Under the pieces are notes generated by a model. The model saw only the letters and a list, made by a program, of their open reading frames with translations. It had not been told where the DNA came from and ran no database searches. A program made the position numbers and the translations under genes. A stretch of DNA of 64,000 nt from an uncultured Nitrososphaerales archaeon (lineage in GTDB: Archaea; Thermoproteota; Nitrososphaeria; Nitrososphaerales; Nitrososphaeraceae): the NCBI GenBank assembly GCA_963709405.1, contig CAVPXM010000055.1:224001-288000 (forward strand), read 5' to 3'. Positions 58,713 through 64,000 of the stretch are shown here, one piece after another. Positions within the stretch are counted from its first letter, which is position 1; the number at the start of each line of letters is the position of its first letter.

Positions 58713-58853
58713 ATCCTTATCATTTCGTTTGAATAGAATCATACTAATCCTTATGAAATACCATGGCACATTAAAGTTACGGACAGCTTCGCCATCCAAA
58801 TAACCATTCGTGTGTTTAAGAAATCAACTGTCAAGATGAAAAAGGCTCATACT

Positions 58854-59084
58854 TTAGTCCATTACAATCATCGTCAAAGTCGATTTAACGCCATTCAGTT
58901 TTCTCAACTTCCAAGTAATTGTCTCCTTTACCCTTTCCATGGTATTCGATTCTACTTGAGCTACTATATCATAAACCCCGTAAACCTGATATACTTGCGT
59001 TACACCTTCGATTTTTTTAAGCTCGTTCACAATCGAGTCTTCGCTTCCTAACTCAGCATTCATCAATACGAACGCTTGTGGCAT
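58854..59084 (-). CDS. Lrp/AsnC ligand-binding (RAM) domain protein
   Basis: AFVLMNAELGSE...VYGVYDIVAQV...KLRKLNGVKSTLTMIV. Confidence 0.92.
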   Translation of the reverse strand: MPQAFVLMNAELGSEDSIVNELKKIEGVTQVYQVYGVYDIVAQVESNTMERVKETITWKLRKLNGVKSTLTMIVMD

Positions 59085-59649
59085 AAACCTAATGGTATAA
59101 GTACAATCGTGTATAAAAACATGCGGAAGCCTCGCGTAGTTGCCTATCAAAGGTTCATACAATTCAATGTATTCTCAATAATGCCTAACATCGCATTCTT
59201 GGCTCAGGATAAGATCTAGACTGGGATCATGAAGATCGATCTGCATTAGAACAAACTATCATTAAAGAACAGCTAGCACAAACTTGAGGATTTTAACCTT
59301 TTGAATTCGTTGTTTTGTAATGAATTTTTTGTTTCAATTGGAAACAGACATCAATCTAATACGTCGTTTGTAGAACGTACCATTTAGCAAAGTGTGTAGG
59401 TTGATAATCTCGAATTGTATCAGATAGTAATTATATATCTATGCACTTTAGCAGCCATCGAATTTGCTAGTTCTTATACTCCATTAAATATTAAATTGGT
59501 TACGTGGGAACGAGCAGAATTTTATAAAACATCTGCTATTTACGGCACTTGACTGGACTTCAAAACTGCTCCATAGAAGATTTTTACCAGGTTAGGTAAA
59601 GACTTTATAAAATCAATAACCTAAATAAGGCAACCAGTCATCAAACCCC

Positions 59650-59796
59650 ATGGTAAAATTTGATGGAATCAAGGGACAGGAACTATTGGACGTTGAAGAA
59701 ATTGGTGGTGAGCTAACCCTGATCTTCAAGGATAACAGATACCTCTTTGTCAAAGTGATCGACTGCAAATTGGTATGTGATTCTGTTCCCGAATAA
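59650..59796 (+). CDS. 48-aa small beta protein (not in ORF track)
   Basis: MVKFDGIKGQELLDVEEIGGELTLIFKDNRYLFVKVIDCKLVCDSVPE*; TATA box CTTTATAA at 59603-59610. Confidence 0.7.
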   Translation: MVKFDGIKGQELLDVEEIGGELTLIFKDNRYLFVKVIDCKLVCDSVPE

Positions 59797-59943
59797 GTAT
59801 ACATATCCATCTGCTCTAACGCCCTCTACTGACAACGTAAGATTAAAGGTTTTTACTTCATTGGTTATCTACGTCTATCCAGTATGCCATGTGCTCATCC
59901 AAGCAAGTGGCATAGGTTATTTGTGCTTCATACAAAATCCAAC

Positions 59944-60465
59944 CTATGAAATCTGCTCGCGTAAGATTTGTATTTCATTAGATTTTGCATGTAGCTTACT
60001 TGGCTCGGAAAAGTAGTGTTTCCCCCAAGACACGTTGATATCTGCTTGGAAAATATTTTTTCCTGGTTTAAGATCACTACCGTTAATTTCAATAATCTTG
60101 TCAACGTCGAAAAGTAGGGCCTTTGCTTCGTCCACTGTTGTTGGATAGAACGAATTGTCATCCTTAACTATCATTATCCAGATCCTATAAGGAATCTTGG
60201 GACTCCTAGTCCAGAATAATACTCCCTTTCTGACGAACCTTATGGACGACAATACATTTCGGTTTGACACTAGTGCCACTTTTGTAGTCAGTCTGAATAT
60301 ATTGTCGTTCCTGTCATATGCTCTCTCCCAATTACGTTGTTCAAAGACCTCCCTTATCTTACCCTGGATTCTAAATGATAGGCTCAGAGTAAGAAGTTCA
60401 TTCGTTCTTACCCTGTCATGGGATTTGCTTAAAGTAATATTCATGATAGAACTTGTTTTTTCCAA
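59944..60465 (-). CDS. Conserved hypothetical protein
   Basis: 173-aa ORF divergent from rpoL (FVRKGVLFWTRSPKIPYRIW). Confidence 0.8.
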   Translation of the reverse strand: MEKTSSIMNITLSKSHDRVRTNELLTLSLSFRIQGKIREVFEQRNWERAYDRNDNIFRLTTKVALVSNRNVLSSIRFVRKGVLFWTRSPKIPYRIWIMIVKDDNSFYPTTVDEAKALLFDVDKIIEINGSDLKPGKNIFQADINVSWGKHYFSEPSKLHAKSNEIQILREQIS

Positions 60466-60530
60466 CTATGCCACCAATAAGAGATTCAGCAGGATATGAT
60501 TTATATCCTCAATAAGTAGTTGTCTGTTTA

Positions 60531-60815
60531 ATGCTTGCAGAGATCACGCAGCTTAAGGAAAATGAATTGGAGTTAAAGATTGAAGAGGAGGATATATCCG
60601 TCATGTATATCATTCAATTTGAGCTATTGAAGCAAAAGGCTGTAGAATTTGCAGGCGTGATGCTAAAGCATCCACTAATAAGGGACTATGTGATGAGAGT
60701 TTTAACTAAGGAAATGGATCCTGTTCAAGCACTTAATGAAGCAACTACTTGTGCTTCAGATTACGTTGAAGCCCTGGGGAATACGTTCATTGAAGCATTG
60801 AAGAATAAAGATTAA
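60531..60815 (+). CDS. rpoL: RNA polymerase subunit L (Rpo11)
   Basis: ELELKIEEED...VEFAGVMLKHPL; upstream of tfs. Confidence 0.88.
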   Translation: MLAEITQLKENELELKIEEEDISVMYIIQFELLKQKAVEFAGVMLKHPLIRDYVMRVLTKEMDPVQALNEATTCASDYVEALGNTFIEALKNKD

Positions 60816-60834
60816 GAGAGGGGAATGTGGTTAG

Positions 60835-61191
60835 GTGAAGTTTTGCCCTAAATGCGAAACGAGGATGAAATCTAGGATTGATGAAGGAATTGTATTCTGC
60901 CCGAAGTGTGGTACAAAGTTTGATAATAAGATTGACTTAACCGATAGGACCTTTTCGGCAGTCAACAGGAAAGGAGGATCGATGTACTCTGAACAGGATT
61001 CAACCAGTTCTTTAAAAGTAATTGAAACTGACAAGGGCCCAAGCGCATTGCCTACAACAACTATAGATTGTACCAAGTGTGGAAATGACACGGCTTACTG
61101 GTGGATGCTCCAGACACGATCCGCTGACGAGGCAACGACCCAGTTTTATAGATGTACTAAGTGCAGTCATACGTGGAGAAACTATTCCTAG
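60835..61191 (+). CDS. tfs: Transcription factor S
   Basis: FCPKC...CPKC; CTKC...QTRSADE...FYRCTKC. Confidence 0.95.
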   Translation: MKFCPKCETRMKSRIDEGIVFCPKCGTKFDNKIDLTDRTFSAVNRKGGSMYSEQDSTSSLKVIETDKGPSALPTTTIDCTKCGNDTAYWWMLQTRSADEATTQFYRCTKCSHTWRNYS

Positions 61192-61548
61192 GACTGTTTA
61201 GATTTATTTTCTCTCAAGTACTAATAGCGATGATTCGAAACAGGGTTAAAGCTTACAGCTCTTAGTCAAGTATCAAGCGCTCAAACTGACTAAATGACTG
61301 CCAATACCAAAGCTCCTAGGTGCGGACGGACATGATTACAGAACTTTTTTAAGTGGATAGCTCAATTCTTTGATAACGTGAGACACGGGTTCCGTAAGAT
61401 AAGAACCTATTGCGATATCGTAGTTATCAGGCCTCACAAAATCCTGAATTTAGTGTTGAGTATCCTAACGAAGGAAAAAAGTGTTGTTATAAGGAACGCA
61501 TAACAATACATTAAAATCGGTAAATCATCGCCAATCTATTGACGCTAC

Positions 61549-62301
61549 TTGGTATTCATAGCAAAGACGAGATCTACGGAAGAATGGAAGGCTGTAACTT
61601 CGGCAATCTCGACCTTGGTCGACGAGGCAACATTTGAAGCTAACGTTGAAGGTATTTCTTTTAGAGGGATGGATCCATCACATGTTGCGCTGATAGACAT
61701 CCATTGGCCAAATTCAACCTTTGAAAGCTTTGAGTGTGACTCCTCTGTAAAATTTGGTGTTCGTATTGACGAGCTTTTAAAAGTGATTAGAAGAGGAGAC
61801 AAGAAAGACTCGGTAGAAGTTAGACTCGGAGACGATAGCACCTTAGTAATAAAAATGTATAATGGATATCTTAGAGAGTATAAAATGAGGCTTATAGAGA
61901 GCTCTGCTAGCGCCACACCTCTCCCAAAATTAAGTTTCAATACTAAAGTAGTGTTAGTAGCCGGATCTTTCGACCGGATACTTTCAGACATAAATATTGT
62001 TTCAGAATACTTATCCATTGGATCTGAGTCATCGGTCGTTCGTTTCTCTGGAAAAGGAGATTCTGGCGAGGCGGAGATAATTCTTGAACCAAAGAGCGAG
62101 GGGTTAGAAGAACTGAGCGTAAAAGAACCGAGTACAGCTACCTACAGCATAGATTATCTTTCTAAGATTACAAAGGCGATAAGCACCGTTGGCGGATCTA
62201 TAGCTGCTGAATTCTCAAGCAAAATGCCTATTCGATTAGAATTTAGAGTCATAAATATGGGCCGCATTCATTTCTATCTTGCCCCGAGAGTTCAAGATTA
62301 A
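61549..62301 (+). CDS. pcn: PCNA sliding clamp
   Basis: GMDPSHVALID, FSGKGDSG, YSIDYL, MPIRLEF, FYLAPRV. Confidence 0.97.
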   Translation: MVFIAKTRSTEEWKAVTSAISTLVDEATFEANVEGISFRGMDPSHVALIDIHWPNSTFESFECDSSVKFGVRIDELLKVIRRGDKKDSVEVRLGDDSTLVIKMYNGYLREYKMRLIESSASATPLPKLSFNTKVVLVAGSFDRILSDINIVSEYLSIGSESSVVRFSGKGDSGEAEIILEPKSEGLEELSVKEPSTATYSIDYLSKITKAISTVGGSIAAEFSSKMPIRLEFRVINMGRIHFYLAPRVQD

Positions 62302-62456
62302 GTTGTTCTACATAAGTGTCTCATCGATAGGCTCTTGTAAAGCGATCCCTGCGATTATTCAGTTAAACAAATCGAGTACACTGTCACTATTTGCTTTCAA
62401 CAGCTTTCAACATGAACTGAAACTAAAGCATGCCGAGTTATCAGTTCAGTTAATGC

Positions 62457-63383
62457 ATGAAAAAAGAATCTCGATATTCGAAATATTTTCGTAATTGTGT
62501 TTATCTAGAAGAATCGATCTTGACCAAACCTCTGGACTCTTTTCTTAGATCAAATGTCGATTCCTTTTCTAATGCTGATATTGTCCTATTGAGCGTAGCT
62601 GATGAATCAAAATCTCTCTCTAGACGCAAAGGGGCGAGCAAGGGCCCACATTCTATTCGTATTGCGTCGAATGAATCAGATTTTTTTTTCAGAGATGGAA
62701 AATTAATTCCAATTATGCCGATGCGTGGCAACCTGAATGACAAGAAGATTTATGATCTAGGTTACGTGAGGAGGGAAGAATTATACACTTCCATATATGA
62801 TATTGTCACAAAGAAGAAAATTCCTTTCTTGATAGGAGGAGATCATTCGTTAACGACTATCGCACTGAAAGCAGTCGGGGACGCTTTTGGAAAAGTTAGT
62901 CTTATCTACTTTGACGCGCATCCAGATTTCGTATCGTCGATGTCAGATTATTACGGCTCCGTTTTGAGCGATTCATCTGACTATCTTGATTTTGAGAATA
63001 GCATCCTCATTGGGACCAGGGCCGCCGAGAGAGAGGAACTAGAAAATATAAAGAGAGTAGGACTAGAAATTGTTACTCCGCTAGATATAGCAGAACTTGG
63101 AATTTCAGAAATAGCAAAGAAACTAGATTCTAACTCAACGAGTAAGAAATACATCTCAGTCGATTTAGATTGTGTCGATCCTTGTTTTGCACCTGGCGTT
63201 TCAGTTCCGAGTGCAGGAGGGCTATCAGCCATAGAACTAATTTACCTCATAAAACAAGCCGTTGCAACAGGAATGGTGGGAATGGACTTAAGTGAACTAT
63301 GTCCGGATTTTGATATTAATAACATAACTTCTAATCTGGCCGCTCGGATCATTTCTGAATCAATTGCTTCAATTAGGATCTAG
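62457..63383 (+). CDS. speB: Agmatinase/arginase-family ureohydrolase
   Basis: GASKGP, GGDHS, DAHPD, SVDLDCVDP...APGV. Confidence 0.85.
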   Translation: MKKESRYSKYFRNCVYLEESILTKPLDSFLRSNVDSFSNADIVLLSVADESKSLSRRKGASKGPHSIRIASNESDFFFRDGKLIPIMPMRGNLNDKKIYDLGYVRREELYTSIYDIVTKKKIPFLIGGDHSLTTIALKAVGDAFGKVSLIYFDAHPDFVSSMSDYYGSVLSDSSDYLDFENSILIGTRAAEREELENIKRVGLEIVTPLDIAELGISEIAKKLDSNSTSKKYISVDLDCVDPCFAPGVSVPSAGGLSAIELIYLIKQAVATGMVGMDLSELCPDFDINNITSNLAARIISESIASIRI

Positions 63384-63617
63384 ATAATTCTACAGACGTT
63401 TTGAAATGTAGTGATCTGATGGAATTAAATCTATTCGATCGATGCTGTGTCTTTTTTTGTAACAACTAGCATTTTGAATGATTAATGTCATGTATTAATA
63501 CAAGCAGTCCCTATGCTTGAAGGAAAGATCGGATGATTATATTTTTGATTGATTTGACAACTTTTGTCCACCCCGATCCTAATCTTATTTACAACCAATA
63601 TCAGAAAGCTAGAGTGT

Positions 63618-63824
63618 ATGGAAATTTACGAGATACACAAATACGAGGAAGGTATTTTTAAGTATGTTGTCGCGAGAACCAATAGATATCCCGAAGATAA
63701 GGTGAGGGAAGATGTTGAAAAAATGAATCAAATGCTAACTGAAGATCTAAAGTCCCGAGGGACACGCTACGAATTTATGGTGGGATCAACTTCCGATGAG
63801 ACAAGTCATCGTTCTAACAGATGA
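63618..63824 (+). CDS. Small hypothetical protein
   Basis: MEIYEIHKYEEGIFKYVVARTNRYPEDKV...; 68 aa. Confidence 0.6.
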   Translation: MEIYEIHKYEEGIFKYVVARTNRYPEDKVREDVEKMNQMLTEDLKSRGTRYEFMVGSTSDETSHRSNR

Positions 63825-64000
63825 CATTACACAGCTCTATGTAATTTATTCAGCATAACATGTACTTAGGCTACTTCATTTGTATCCTGAGGTGGCCACC
63901 TCTAAATTAGCTGAGGCCCACGCTATGCGGTATCAATAAATGAAAAGATGTGCTGCATAATACTATGAAACTCTTGATGTCTATTGAGAAGCTTAATTCA

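Noticed and set aside
1-64000. CRISPR array, rRNA, cas genes or reverse transcriptase
   Set aside because: No regularly spaced repeats, rRNA-like sequence or corresponding protein motifs were seen.

Overview
Chromosomal segment of an ammonia-oxidising archaeon (Thaumarchaeota/Nitrososphaerota, most likely Nitrososphaeraceae). This is inferred from the archaeal rpoL-tfs-pcna cluster, aspS-gatCAB, class II HMG-CoA reductase next to a his operon, cbiH, npdG, a Nmar_1110-like malonic semialdehyde reductase, phaE, orphan receiver domains and a cupredoxin-rich cox operon. Core blocks: cbiH-lysC / hmgA-hisGDC-HAD-hisBHAF (23.5-34.7 kb), aspS-gatCAB (35.4-39.9 kb), cox operon (50.5-54.8 kb) and rpoL-tfs-pcna-speB (60.5-63.4 kb). 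Accessory parts hold an IS630 element with a -1 slippery site, a decayed IS5-like element with 18-bp TIRs, and a ~2.9-kb decayed integrative element at tRNA-Val(TAC) bounded by a 21/24 att-like direct repeat. Most notable observations: (1) CoxB carries a fused type-1 blue-copper domain whose DNA is 272/279 identical to the C-terminal domain of the downstream blue-copper protein, forming a direct repeat around coxA; (2) about 15 apparent single-base frameshifts, many in essential genes, fall mostly in or beside GCWGC, AGCT or GATC, suggesting methylation-driven long-read errors that indirectly report the methylome. All product calls are from motif recognition; no database searches were run.
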